Shown in pieces: positions 8,336 through 17,758 of a DNA stretch of 55,800 nt. Every line of letters starts with the position of its first letter. Positions within the stretch are counted from its first letter, which is position 1. Below the pieces are notes generated by a model. That model searched no databases, was not told the origin of the DNA, and saw only the letters and a program-made list of their open reading frames with translations. The DNA lies in contig CAYJMB010000001.1 in NCBI GenBank assembly GCA_964371455.1, positions 1-55,800 of the forward strand, written 5' to 3'. This stretch comes from an uncultured archaeon. Lineage in GTDB: Archaea; Aenigmatarchaeota; Aenigmatarchaeia; GW2011-AR5. The position numbers were made by a program, and so were the translations under genes.

Positions 8336-9439
8336 ATGGCAAATACTCAAGGCACGATAGAGGCCTTTTTCAAAAAAGGAAAGCTTCTTACTCCTGAGGC
8401 CCTGCGCTACATGGAAAACAAGGACGTCGAGGGTTTTTTATCAGACAATTACGATCTCATTGTGGACGTAGAAGACCTGCTTGCCAGAGAGGACAAGATA
8501 CACATAATAAGAAACATAACAGAAAAGAAGACAGAAGTCACCACAGCTGATATTGTACGCTTTTACAATTCCAAATATGAGAAAATGAAAAACATAATTA
8601 TCTCACGCCTGCAGAAGAATTTTGTTTCAATAAATAAGCTGGATGCGTACAGGCAGGAAGTCTTTGTCATAGGCATAGTCAGGGACATCAAGGACAATGA
8701 GGGGAAAAAGAACGTGGAGCTTGAAGATTCAACAGGGGCTGTGACAGCTGTCTTTGAGTCTAAAGAAACAGAAGACCTGGAACTGGACGATGTTGTTGCT
8801 GTTCAGGGTATAGCTGCTGGTAAAGTCATATTCGGCAAGAAAATACTATTCCCTGATGTCCCGCTACGGCAACCGACAAAAGGCAGCGGAAAGGCATGTT
8901 TTATCTCTGACCTGCATTTAGACGAGGCGCCAAAGCAGGATCTGGAAAAATTTCTCCGGTGGTTTGAGGGGCAGGACGCAAAATACCTTTTCGTAGTAGG
9001 CGCTGTCGGGGACATGGACACTTTTGAATCACTAATTGATTCTTACTGCAGAAACAAGAAAGTATTTGCCTCGCTGAACAAAGACGAGGACGAGTTTCCA
9101 AGCCTTCCTGTGGCGTTCAAATCAAAAAATATAATATCCCTCAGCAATCCTGCAATGGTCGAAATAAATGGCGTCAAGATCCTGGTTATAAACAATTTTG
9201 ACATTAAAATGCTGAAGAAAAGGCATCTCGGCAATATAAAACCCACTCTGGAAGAAGACCTCATGGCACTAGAAGAACTGCCTGATATTGTACACTGCGG
9301 ACACAGCCATGAAGCAAGCATAACCAACTACAAATCCACGACTATCGTCAACGCAGGATCCCTTCTTACCAGCTTCAGGCCGATACTAGTGGACTTCGCT
9401 ACACGGGAGTGCATGCAGGTTGATCTCGCAAGTTTGTAA
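8336..9439 (+). CDS. DNA polymerase II (PolD) small-subunit DP1-like protein, short form with partly degenerate phosphoesterase motifs
   Basis: It has an OB-fold-like segment (EVFVIGIVRDIKDNEGKKNVELEDSTGAVTAVF). Calcineurin-type motifs I (ISDLHLD), II (GAVGDMD) and V (HCGHSHE) are present, but I saw no clear GNHD motif. At ~368 aa it is shorter than typical DP1. Confidence 0.55.
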   Translation: MANTQGTIEAFFKKGKLLTPEALRYMENKDVEGFLSDNYDLIVDVEDLLAREDKIHIIRNITEKKTEVTTADIVRFYNSKYEKMKNIIISRLQKNFVSINKLDAYRQEVFVIGIVRDIKDNEGKKNVELEDSTGAVTAVFESKETEDLELDDVVAVQGIAAGKVIFGKKILFPDVPLRQPTKGSGKACFISDLHLDEAPKQDLEKFLRWFEGQDAKYLFVVGAVGDMDTFESLIDSYCRNKKVFASLNKDEDEFPSLPVAFKSKNIISLSNPAMVEINGVKILVINNFDIKMLKKRHLGNIKPTLEEDLMALEELPDIVHCGHSHEASITNYKSTTIVNAGSLLTSFRPILVDFATRECMQVDLASL

Positions 9440-9529
9440 GATACAATGATGCGCGTGCGGCTTATTAAAAACATATGGGATGATATCTATAGCATCTGCC
9501 GCAAATAACCTTAAGCAGTTAGGGTTTTC

Positions 9530-12238
9530 ATGGGTGACATAATGAGAATGCAGATAGTTGATGTTGATTACTTTTTTAGTACAAACAGACCAGTCGTGAG
9601 AATTTTCGGCAGGACGCAGAACGGCAATGCCGCCTGTATCCTGTACGACCAGTTAATGCCCTATTTTTATGTCAGGTGCACAGAAGAGCAGGCCGAGAAG
9701 ATCCGCCAGATAAAAGAGGTGCGCAGCGTAGAGGATACAGAGCTGTTCATACCAAAAGGATACCAGGAAAAAAAGAGCCCACTCAAGAAAATTATTTTAT
9801 CCAACCCGCAGGATGTCCCGGGGACACGGGACAAAATATCTGCGCTCGGCATCAGAGAGGTATTTGAGGCAGACATAATGTTCAAGTACAGATTTATGAT
9901 AGACCACGGGCTCTTTGGGATGCAGTGGATAGATGCAGAATGCACAAAAGCCAGCACCAGAGTCGCAAAAGTGCCGACCTATTACGCAACAAAAATAGAG
10001 CCTGTGGAGCAGAGCGGCAACGCAGAGCACAAAATACTCTCTTTTGATATAGAATGCGTTTCAAATGACAGCAAGAGAGTGCCCGACGCAAAGAAAGATC
10101 TCATAGTAATGATATCCATGGCTTTCCATCCCGACTACAAAGGCAAGAAGAATATCGTTTTTGTGGCTAAGCAATTTTTAGGAGAAAACACCAGAGGATT
10201 TGCATCGGAAAGGGACATGCTGGAAGAGTTTGTAAAGATTATTGATGAGTACGACCCTGATATAATAACAGGCTACAATATCAACAATTTTGACTTGCCT
10301 TACTTAACTGAGAGGCTCAGGCAAAATAAAATTTCCCTCAATACAGGCAGGTCTGATAAGCCCATGTTCGGCAGGACAACAGGCATGACTACAGAGTTCG
10401 TGATACCAGGCAGGGTTGTTTTTGATCCTTACCAGATATTAAAGCGCGACCCATGGCTAAAATTCCAGCGCTATGACCTCAATACAGTTGCAAAGAAAAT
10501 GCTGAATGAAGAGAAGCACAACGTTGACTACAGTGAGATGGCATCACTCTGGAACGGCCCACGGGAAGGGCTAAGCAGATTTATAGAGTATGCGAGAAGG
10601 GATGCCGAGCTTTCATTAAGGCTGGTTCTAGAGAAAGGCCTGATAGATAAGTTCTACGAACTCTCGAAGATTTCTGGCGTGCTGCTGCAGGATGTTTTCG
10701 GAGGGCAGACACGCCGGGTGGACACGATGGTATTGCACGAGTTCAAGAAGAGGGGCTTTGTCATGCCTCTCAGCCCTATGAAATCCGATCACATAAAAAG
10801 AGCCAAAGAACGCGACAAGGAGGGACTCAAGGGCGCAATAGTGCTTGAGCCGAAGAGAGGACTACATGCAGATGGCTGCGTGCTTGTGCTGGATTTCAAG
10901 AGCCTGTACCCTTCAATTATGAGAACGTTCAACATTTCACCTGATACGCTGCTGCTGGCAGCCAAAGATGTACCATGCCATATATCACCAACCGGGGCGA
11001 AATTTGTGACGAGCGGAGTACGGATGGGCGTGCTGCCATCACTCCTGACAAACTTAATTGAGACACGTGCAAAAATCAAAAAAGAAATGAAAGCAGCCAC
11101 GGGCGAGCAGAAAAAAATATTGAATGCAAAGCAGCTCGCTATAAAGGACATGGCGAACTCGTACTATGGATATACAGCATACATAAGGGCGCGCCTGTAT
11201 ACAATAGATGTTGCCGCCTCTATCACTGCTTATGGAAGAGAAAACCTTCAGGCAACTAAAAAACTCATAGAAGAAAACTTTGATGTAGAAGTCATTTATG
11301 CAGATACGGATTCTGCATTTCTCAAGACCAAGACAATAAACCTAGACGAGGCAAAGAAACTCGGAGAAGACATAGCACGGTTTGTCACAGAAAACCTGCC
11401 GGGCTATCTGGAGCTCCAATTTGAAAAAATATACAGGACGTTTCTTATACTCACAAAGAAAAGATATGCAGGGCTCAAGTACGAACTCATCGGAGGCAAC
11501 TGGACAGATGAAATAGAGATGCGTGGGATAGAGACTGTCAGGAGAGACTGGTGCCCACTTGTCTCGCAAGTGATGGTGGATGTTCTGGATGTCCTGCTCA
11601 AAGAAGGAGATTTGGAAAAAGCAATAGCTCTTGTTAAGAATGTACTAGAACAACTCCGTCACAATCAAATAGACGTAGACAGGCTCACTATAATAAAAGG
11701 CATTACAAAACATATTGACAGCTACGAGGGCACGCTGCCGCACATTGAGCTGGCAAGAAAAATGGCGATAAGAAACCCGCAGGAAGCGCCAAGAATAGGA
11801 GACAGAATCGGATTTGTTATTGTTAAAGGCAACCAACTGCTATCGAAGCGAGCCGAAGACCCGAAATACGTCAAGAAAAATAACATAGCAATTGATTCTG
11901 ATTACTATATCCACAGCCAGCTGCTACCGCCGCTGGAAAGGATATTCGTGTCAGTTGGTGTGGAGAAAAATGAGATCTTGGGCAGCGGAAGACAGGTCAG
12001 CCTCGGTGATGTCGTGAACGGCGCAAAGAGAAAGATGAAACATGACATAGAAGTCCAGTACAACAATGAAGATGTGCAAGACAAAAAAGAACAGCCACTG
12101 CAAGGATGGGAAGCGTTTGTGTGCAAAAAATGCGCCAAGATTTTCAGGTCAGTCCCGCTTCAAGGGTCATGCGAATGCGGCGGCGAGATACTTATGAGCT
12201 ATCATGGTTCTGTGAGCAACAAGGCTCTTCTGCATTGA
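9530..12238 (+). CDS. polB: Family B DNA polymerase
   Basis: Exo I (SFDIECVS), Exo II (GYNINNFDLPYL) and Exo III (YARRDAEL) are present. So are Pol A (LDFKSLYPSI), Pol B (KQLAIKDMANSYYGY) and Pol C (YADTDS). There is a C-terminal Cys4 finger (CKKC...CECGG) and no intein. Confidence 0.92.
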   Translation: MGDIMRMQIVDVDYFFSTNRPVVRIFGRTQNGNAACILYDQLMPYFYVRCTEEQAEKIRQIKEVRSVEDTELFIPKGYQEKKSPLKKIILSNPQDVPGTRDKISALGIREVFEADIMFKYRFMIDHGLFGMQWIDAECTKASTRVAKVPTYYATKIEPVEQSGNAEHKILSFDIECVSNDSKRVPDAKKDLIVMISMAFHPDYKGKKNIVFVAKQFLGENTRGFASERDMLEEFVKIIDEYDPDIITGYNINNFDLPYLTERLRQNKISLNTGRSDKPMFGRTTGMTTEFVIPGRVVFDPYQILKRDPWLKFQRYDLNTVAKKMLNEEKHNVDYSEMASLWNGPREGLSRFIEYARRDAELSLRLVLEKGLIDKFYELSKISGVLLQDVFGGQTRRVDTMVLHEFKKRGFVMPLSPMKSDHIKRAKERDKEGLKGAIVLEPKRGLHADGCVLVLDFKSLYPSIMRTFNISPDTLLLAAKDVPCHISPTGAKFVTSGVRMGVLPSLLTNLIETRAKIKKEMKAATGEQKKILNAKQLAIKDMANSYYGYTAYIRARLYTIDVAASITAYGRENLQATKKLIEENFDVEVIYADTDSAFLKTKTINLDEAKKLGEDIARFVTENLPGYLELQFEKIYRTFLILTKKRYAGLKYELIGGNWTDEIEMRGIETVRRDWCPLVSQVMVDVLDVLLKEGDLEKAIALVKNVLEQLRHNQIDVDRLTIIKGITKHIDSYEGTLPHIELARKMAIRNPQEAPRIGDRIGFVIVKGNQLLSKRAEDPKYVKKNNIAIDSDYYIHSQLLPPLERIFVSVGVEKNEILGSGRQVSLGDVVNGAKRKMKHDIEVQYNNEDVQDKKEQPLQGWEAFVCKKCAKIFRSVPLQGSCECGGEILMSYHGSVSNKALLH

Positions 12239-12250
12239 GAACGCTCTCTA

Positions 12251-12258
12251 TTTTTTTT
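12251..12258 (+). terminator. Oligo-T (T8) tract, candidate archaeal terminator after polB
   Basis: tttttttt lies 13 nt after the polB stop. Archaeal RNA polymerase terminates at oligo-T tracts. Confidence 0.4.
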
Positions 12259-12343
12259 CTCATAATTTTCTTCGTAAATCAGCTTTGAATCCGAAGCCCC
12301 ACTCTCAGCAAATCTTAAATACAAGAGCGAATAATGAAAATGT

Positions 12344-12535
12344 ATGGCCAACAGGCACATCAAAGTTATCAACGGGAGAAAGTATTACTATGAGTCCATA
12401 AGAAAGGGGAAAAAAGTGACCAGCAGATACCTGGGGCCGGTTGACGAGAGAAAAAGAAAACTAAGAGAGGAACAACCACAGGCGCTAGTTCTTGAGGAAC
12501 AAGAAATAAAGCCAGAAGAAAATTATATTGGATGA
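12344..12535 (+). CDS. Small basic protein (INGRKYYYESIRKGKKVTSRYLG motif), unknown function
   Basis: 63 aa. It has a basic beta-hairpin-like N-terminus and a charged tail. I assign no family confidently. Confidence 0.4.
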   Translation: MANRHIKVINGRKYYYESIRKGKKVTSRYLGPVDERKRKLREEQPQALVLEEQEIKPEENYIG

Positions 12536-12591
12536 AGCTATAAAACGTTAGTTTTAAAAGTATTTACGCTCAAAAATAAGAGGTGGAAGAT

Positions 12592-12768
12592 ATGGCAGAA
12601 CTTCTTGTGGTAAGAAGCAAGGTAAGAGAACTTGCAAAGAAAAAGAAAATGAACATGGGCGCTGATGCTGCTGATGCGCTGAGCAAGGAAGTAGCACGCA
12701 TGGTGGACAGGGCAGCAGAAAGGGCCAAGGCAAACAGAAGGACAACGATAAAAGGAAGGGATATATAA
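12592..12768 (+). CDS. Small histone-fold-like (DUF1931-like) protein
   Basis: MAELLVVRSKVRELAKKKKMNMGADAADALSKEVARMVDRAAERAKANRRTTIKGRDI fits a helix-loop-helix histone-fold half pattern. A GAGGTG Shine-Dalgarno-like motif lies 7 nt before ATG 12592. Confidence 0.45.
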   Translation: MAELLVVRSKVRELAKKKKMNMGADAADALSKEVARMVDRAAERAKANRRTTIKGRDI

Positions 12769-12770
12769 TT

Positions 12771-12808
12771 TTTGATATTTTTTGTTTTATTTTTGCCTTT
12801 CTTTTAAG
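12771..12808 (+). terminator. T-rich tract (several T5-T6 runs), candidate terminator
   Basis: tttttgatattttttgttttatttttgcctttctttt lies directly after the stop at 12768. Confidence 0.35.
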
Positions 12809-12849
12809 AATAACTTTTTTCCGATTTTAATTTTGTATTTACAACAAAC

Positions 12850-14034
12850 TCAAAACGGGTAATAGAAAATTATCGTTGGCAGCAGCAGCACAGCCATGAG
12901 CACAGACATTTTGATTTTTGAGGTGTATGCAAATATTCCCAGCGCCGCGCAGACAACAAATAAAAACAGTCCATAAAAGCCGCTGAACGCTATTACAGCA
13001 ACAACTATAAGCAGGAAGACCAGCTTTGATATCACGACATAGTTAATTCTTTCCATTACATGCAGGAATGCTTTTGCTAGTTTTAATGTGGCAACTGCCA
13101 CGATGCCAGCCGCAAAAAGCGCCGCAAAAAGGACAAGGAACACATCCTGCAATGAAAGAGAAACAAAATTGCTGAGAATGACTGAGGCGCCGCTGCGCGC
13201 CTTGCCTATGAGCCAGAGCGCCACAACGGAAATTATTATATTTGACGTTGCTAATGCGCCGAGCGTAATCAAAAATGACTTTTCATTTTTGTCGACAGTT
13301 GCGATGGACGCTATCTGGCTTGTCCCAACACCGGGCAGCAAGCCGGAAAAAACACCGCCAAGAGAGCCGAAGAGTGCTGCGCGGCTTACGAGACGATGCG
13401 AAACGTACTCATCAGATTTTTCTTTTTCTATATACACGTGTTTCTGCCTGAACTGCATCACGAGCACAGAAGCGCCGAACAAACCAGCAAGAACAGGGAA
13501 AAGAATCACAGAACTGTCCAAGGGAATGCGCGGCAAGTAGATACCAATAAATCCGGATAGCAAGAAACAAACAGCCGAGATAAATTTCTTACTCCCCTCC
13601 TCTGTGAGAACTATGTAGAGGGCGACTGCTGCCAAAATAAAAAACAAAGCCGGCTGCAAGAAATTATAGACAGCAGGGAAAATAAAAATAATCGCAGGAA
13701 AGAACAGAGCGAGCAGCACAACGGAAAGGAGGCTCCCTGTGACTGCGAGCTTCACTGCCTGGTACCCCTGCCCTCTCAGCAGCATTCTGTGGCCTGGCGA
13801 AACAGAGAGCTCTGTGCCCGCCTCAGGCGCGCCGAAAAGAATGGATGGTACGAAATCAGAGACAGAATTCGCAACTGCCATGGCAACAACAAACACAATG
13901 AGGGCGGCCGATGAAGAAAAAGAGAAGAACAGCGGCGCAAGCACGATAAAAAAGTTTGGGTGCAAACCAGGAATAAGGCCGAAGACTATTCCTACTAAAA
14001 TGCCGAGAAGAGCGAAGAGCATGAGCTCCAGCAC
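12850..14034 (-). CDS. TctA/DUF112-family polytopic membrane transporter-like protein
   Basis: The 394 aa protein is very hydrophobic and has repeated G(L)xPG(L/V) motifs (GLIPGLHP, GLLPGVGTSQ) typical of the TctA/DUF112 family. Confidence 0.55.
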   Translation of the reverse strand: MLELMLFALLGILVGIVFGLIPGLHPNFFIVLAPLFFSFSSSAALIVFVVAMAVANSVSDFVPSILFGAPEAGTELSVSPGHRMLLRGQGYQAVKLAVTGSLLSVVLLALFFPAIIFIFPAVYNFLQPALFFILAAVALYIVLTEEGSKKFISAVCFLLSGFIGIYLPRIPLDSSVILFPVLAGLFGASVLVMQFRQKHVYIEKEKSDEYVSHRLVSRAALFGSLGGVFSGLLPGVGTSQIASIATVDKNEKSFLITLGALATSNIIISVVALWLIGKARSGASVILSNFVSLSLQDVFLVLFAALFAAGIVAVATLKLAKAFLHVMERINYVVISKLVFLLIVVAVIAFSGFYGLFLFVVCAALGIFAYTSKIKMSVLMAVLLLPTIIFYYPF

Positions 14035-14096
14035 ATTTTATTCCCCCTAGGATATTCACAGCCAGCCTTTAAATTCGTCGACAAACAAATGATAGT

Positions 14097-14417
14097 ATGT
14101 TTGGAAAGGACCCTAAAAAAATAGAGCAGATGATGAAAAAGATGAATATCAATACGCGGGAAATAGACGCAAGCGAGGTGACAATCAAGGCTGATTCTGG
14201 AGATATAGTTATTGAATCGCCCCAAGTTATGATCATGAATATGATGGGGAGGGACGTTTACCAGATCACAGGAACAGTAAGAAAAGCGCCAAAAGAAGAC
14301 GATGTAAAAATTGTGATGGAACAGACAGGCAGGGACAAGCCAACAGTTGAGAAAAAACTGGAAGAGCTCAACAATGATCTGGCAAAGGCCATCATGGAGC
14401 TGAAGAAGGAGAAATAG
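14097..14417 (+). CDS. nac: Nascent polypeptide-associated complex protein (NAC domain plus UBA)
   Basis: It has the NAC beta-barrel pattern (REIDASEVTIKADSGDIVIESPQVMIMNMMGRDVYQITG) and a C-terminal UBA-like helix bundle. Confidence 0.8.
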   Translation: MFGKDPKKIEQMMKKMNINTREIDASEVTIKADSGDIVIESPQVMIMNMMGRDVYQITGTVRKAPKEDDVKIVMEQTGRDKPTVEKKLEELNNDLAKAIMELKKEK

Positions 14418-14432
14418 AAAGCAGGTGTTACA

Positions 14433-14669
14433 ATGAAAGACGTTTTGAGAGATAAGATGCTCGCAATTGCGCTTCTTTTAATAGGGATAATTTTTGTTAT
14501 AGAAGGCGTGGTTGTCATGTACGTGCTGGGGCTGTTCCCGCCCTTTATTCTGCAATCAAACCCGCAAGTTGCGCAATTCGTGTCCATTGGGTGGGGATAT
14601 GGGATGCTGAAGCTTCTTGTAGGCCTGATAGCTACAGGGACTGCTGGTGCCATTCTTTTTTCACGCTAG
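14433..14669 (+). CDS. Small two-TM membrane protein
   Basis: The 78 aa product has two clear hydrophobic helices and sits tightly after nac. Confidence 0.4.
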   Translation: MKDVLRDKMLAIALLLIGIIFVIEGVVVMYVLGLFPPFILQSNPQVAQFVSIGWGYGMLKLLVGLIATGTAGAILFSR

Positions 14670-14704
14670 ATGGGTTTTTATTTTTGTGTGTGTACTTTTG
14701 ATAT

Positions 14705-16165
14705 ATGCCGGAATATGTGCGCGAGAACTGTGGGTTAACTCTTGCTTATTCTTTACCCGATGCTTACAATGGAATAAAACTTCTCCAACACCGAGGCCAG
14801 GAAGCAACAGGAATTGAGGGTATTAACGGTTACGGAATTGATGCAGTTAAGTGGATAGGAAATGTGGATGCATTTTCCCTGAGCAATTTAGAACGGTTGT
14901 TACCAGGAAGAAATTATAAGATGTTCGCAGCACATGTCAGATATGCAACAAAAGGCAGAAAAGAGAGGCTGCTGCAGGATGCACACCCGCATGTTATTGG
15001 CGGTGAGCGCATTGATCGCAGTACACATGTAATAACGAGGGGCGCAAAGAAATCTATTATACATAATGGTCAGGTGGATCAATACTTTTTAAGAGATATA
15101 GACAGTTCACGACTTTCTTCTGATTGCGATACAGAAGCGCTGCTCCATAAATACCATAATTTAGGACCTGAAGAATTAGTAAAATACATTCCAGGTGCAT
15201 ACTCCGCAATCTTTTTTGATGCGGAAAGAAATGGAGCTATTGTTTTGAGGGATGTTCATGAGATAAGACCATTATGTATCGGAATAAAAGACGGTAAATA
15301 TATATTTGCATCTGAAACGAGGCCGCTGCAAAGACACGGGGGGCGCTATCTTAGAGATGTAAAAGGCGGTGAAATTATATATGTTGATTTTGATGGCAGA
15401 ATTAAGTCAACACAAATTCTCCGGGCCGATCCTAGGCACTGTTTTTTTGAATTTACATATCTTCAATATCCTGATTCTTACATAAGCGGAGTAAAAGTAT
15501 CAGAAGCGAGAAAATGGCTTGGAAGGGCAGCAGCTGACGAATTTCACCCGTCAGGCATAGACATCGTTTCTTATATACCCCAGTCTCCAGAATATGCAGC
15601 AATGGGGTACGCTGAAGCTTATGCTGAAATATATGGACTAAATTTCGATGACATTTTTCAGGGAGTGTTTTATAAAATCTCAGATGAACGAACCTTCATT
15701 AAATCCAAACAAAGTCAAAGAGAAAAGCACATAGAAAGTAATTTGTATATGTATGATAATGCTAATGTTGAAGGGAAAATCGTGCTCTTGGTTGATGACA
15801 GCATAATAAGAGGCACAGAATCTAGACGTGCAGTTTCATTGCTGCGAGAAAAGAATCCTGCTGCTATTTACTTCGTTTCTTATATACCGCCAGTTGGAGT
15901 TATAAAAAATGGTATAAAATCCGGTTGCGAAGAAGGTGTTGATATGCCTCCTGAACCTGAACGATTGCCAGAGCCTTATACATATGCAATAAGAAAAGGC
16001 GGCTCAGTCGATGGCGTAAGAATAGAAATAGGGGCGGATAAAATCCATTACTTATCAAAAGAAAGAATGTTTTCTGCACTCGGTCTGGATGACCGTGCAT
16101 GCCACAGATGCCTAGGCGGCCCTAGAGTTTACACTGTTCCGCAACTTGTTTCTTTGCACGCTTAA
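14705..16165 (+). CDS. purF: Glutamine-PRPP amidotransferase (PurF)-like protein
   Basis: It has an Ntn Cys after a short propeptide (MPEYVREN|CGL), the LQHRGQEATGI motif and a PRT motif (VLLVDDSIIRGTE). Confidence 0.7.
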   Translation: MPEYVRENCGLTLAYSLPDAYNGIKLLQHRGQEATGIEGINGYGIDAVKWIGNVDAFSLSNLERLLPGRNYKMFAAHVRYATKGRKERLLQDAHPHVIGGERIDRSTHVITRGAKKSIIHNGQVDQYFLRDIDSSRLSSDCDTEALLHKYHNLGPEELVKYIPGAYSAIFFDAERNGAIVLRDVHEIRPLCIGIKDGKYIFASETRPLQRHGGRYLRDVKGGEIIYVDFDGRIKSTQILRADPRHCFFEFTYLQYPDSYISGVKVSEARKWLGRAAADEFHPSGIDIVSYIPQSPEYAAMGYAEAYAEIYGLNFDDIFQGVFYKISDERTFIKSKQSQREKHIESNLYMYDNANVEGKIVLLVDDSIIRGTESRRAVSLLREKNPAAIYFVSYIPPVGVIKNGIKSGCEEGVDMPPEPERLPEPYTYAIRKGGSVDGVRIEIGADKIHYLSKERMFSALGLDDRACHRCLGGPRVYTVPQLVSLHA

Positions 16166-16168
16166 TAT

Positions 16169-17758
16169 TCATTTCTTCAAAAACTTCTCCACGATCACGC
16201 TGAAGGCGGGCCTTGCTACAAGCACGCCGATAAGCACGCCGATCATCGTCACTATCGCAAAGCCACGCAGGAGACCAAAGCCGAGAATAGTCAAAGGCAG
16301 CATGGCTGCGATCATAGTGCCAGCAGAGCCGAATATGATAAAGAAGGCGCGCTTGAATTTTTCCTTCATGGTTTCAGCATGCATTTCGCCGCCGCGCAGA
16401 GCCTGGTCTATAATAATGATCTGTGAATTCACGCCAGTGCCTACTGTTGCAATAATAGCCGCGATGGCTGCGAGGTCTATTGTCCAGCCAATAGCTGTGG
16501 CAAGCCCTAAAATAATGAGCACCTCACTCAGTGATGTCGCAACCATGGGCACCACAATGCGGAGCCGTCTGTAACGCAACAGCACTATTACGACAACACC
16601 TATCACTGCACCCAGACCTGCGAGCAATGCGCTCTTTATGAAGCCGGCACCAAGCGTAGGGGATATTGAGTCTATGCTCAGCACCTCTATTGCCGTGGGC
16701 AAGGCGCCGGAGCGCAGGATTGCCTGCAATCTTGCTCTTTCGCGCACTGCTTCCTGGAACGTGTCTGCGCCGCCTGATATGCTTATTTCTGTTTCTGCTC
16801 TCCCTTTTAGTGTGGAGGCAATGTTAAGCGTGTCAATGATCTCACCATCCAGGTAGAGCGAGATTTGCGCGTCCAGATAGTTCCCGAGAGATGCTGCATT
16901 TTTTGTGACTTTTGCAAAACGCTCTGCGCTCTCTGGGCTGATCTGTATTCCGAATGACCACTGGAAACCAGAGCCTGTATTTTCTATCCTGGATCTCTGC
17001 GGGTCAAAGAAGACAGTCCTAATGTCAGAGCCTGAAAAAATGTCAGCTGTCAGATTTGCCCTGCTGGCACTACGGTTGTTGTAGACAAATGTTATGCTGT
17101 CAAGAACGAAGGAATCGCCAGGCTTTACCGTCTTATTTCCGATCGTCGCAACAGAATCTGAAAATGTTATATTGTACTTCTTATCAAGATTGAGAGAACT
17201 AGCAGCGAACGTTATTTTTCCCTCGAACTTTCCCTGGGTTTGCAACAGGTCAACAAGCTCCTGCTTGTTGCCGCCAGCAATACTGATCTCAATAAAATTT
17301 TCCTTGTTTATACTCACAGTACGAAATGTGGCTTCCCGCAGCCCAAAGACATTTATCCTTGTCTGCAAAGTAGACTTGACCTGTTCTGCGACGTCGGGAC
17401 TGCTGTCGTTCAATTTTACCAGTGCGCGGACACCGCCTTTGATGTCGAGCCCAAAGCGCAGATTTGTTGGCTGGACTTCTTCGATATCAATGCCCAGTGT
17501 TCCGTTCGCTCTTAAGAATATATCGCCTTTGTCTGTTTTAAGCTTTACAATGCCTGAATACATTTTGTCAATAAACTGTGGCGTAAACTCTTCACCGTTA
17601 ACTTCATAAACAACCATGCCGACTTTCAGCTGCTCTGGCGCATCTTTGCCGATAAAGGAAATTCTATAACCAGCGGGATTTGGGTTAGGCCCTATAAGCA
17701 GAATGGCTATGACAATGAAGAGGAGCCATAAAAGCACTTTGTAGTTTTTCAATGTCAT
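16169..17758 (-). CDS. secD: Protein-export membrane protein SecD
   Basis: It has a large extracytoplasmic domain followed by a 6-TM C-terminus typical of SecD. The start ATG (MTLKNYKV) overlaps the secF TGA (ATGA at 17755-17758). The track ORF extends further, to 17806. Confidence 0.8.
   Translation of the reverse strand: MTLKNYKVLLWLLFIVIAILLIGPNPNPAGYRISFIGKDAPEQLKVGMVVYEVNGEEFTPQFIDKMYSGIVKLKTDKGDIFLRANGTLGIDIEEVQPTNLRFGLDIKGGVRALVKLNDSSPDVAEQVKSTLQTRINVFGLREATFRTVSINKENFIEISIAGGNKQELVDLLQTQGKFEGKITFAASSLNLDKKYNITFSDSVATIGNKTVKPGDSFVLDSITFVYNNRSASRANLTADIFSGSDIRTVFFDPQRSRIENTGSGFQWSFGIQISPESAERFAKVTKNAASLGNYLDAQISLYLDGEIIDTLNIASTLKGRAETEISISGGADTFQEAVRERARLQAILRSGALPTAIEVLSIDSISPTLGAGFIKSALLAGLGAVIGVVVIVLLRYRRLRIVVPMVATSLSEVLIILGLATAIGWTIDLAAIAAIIATVGTGVNSQIIIIDQALRGGEMHAETMKEKFKRAFFIIFGSAGTMIAAMLPLTILGFGLLRGFAIVTMIGVLIGVLVARPAFSVIVEKFLKK

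Noticed and set aside
14705-16165. PurF-like amidophosphoribosyltransferase as a possible orphan or moonlighting enzyme in a reduced genome.
   Set aside because: It cannot be evaluated from this window, because the presence or absence of the rest of the purine pathway is unknown. The protein itself looks like an ordinary PurF, with Ntn-Cys and PRT motifs intact.
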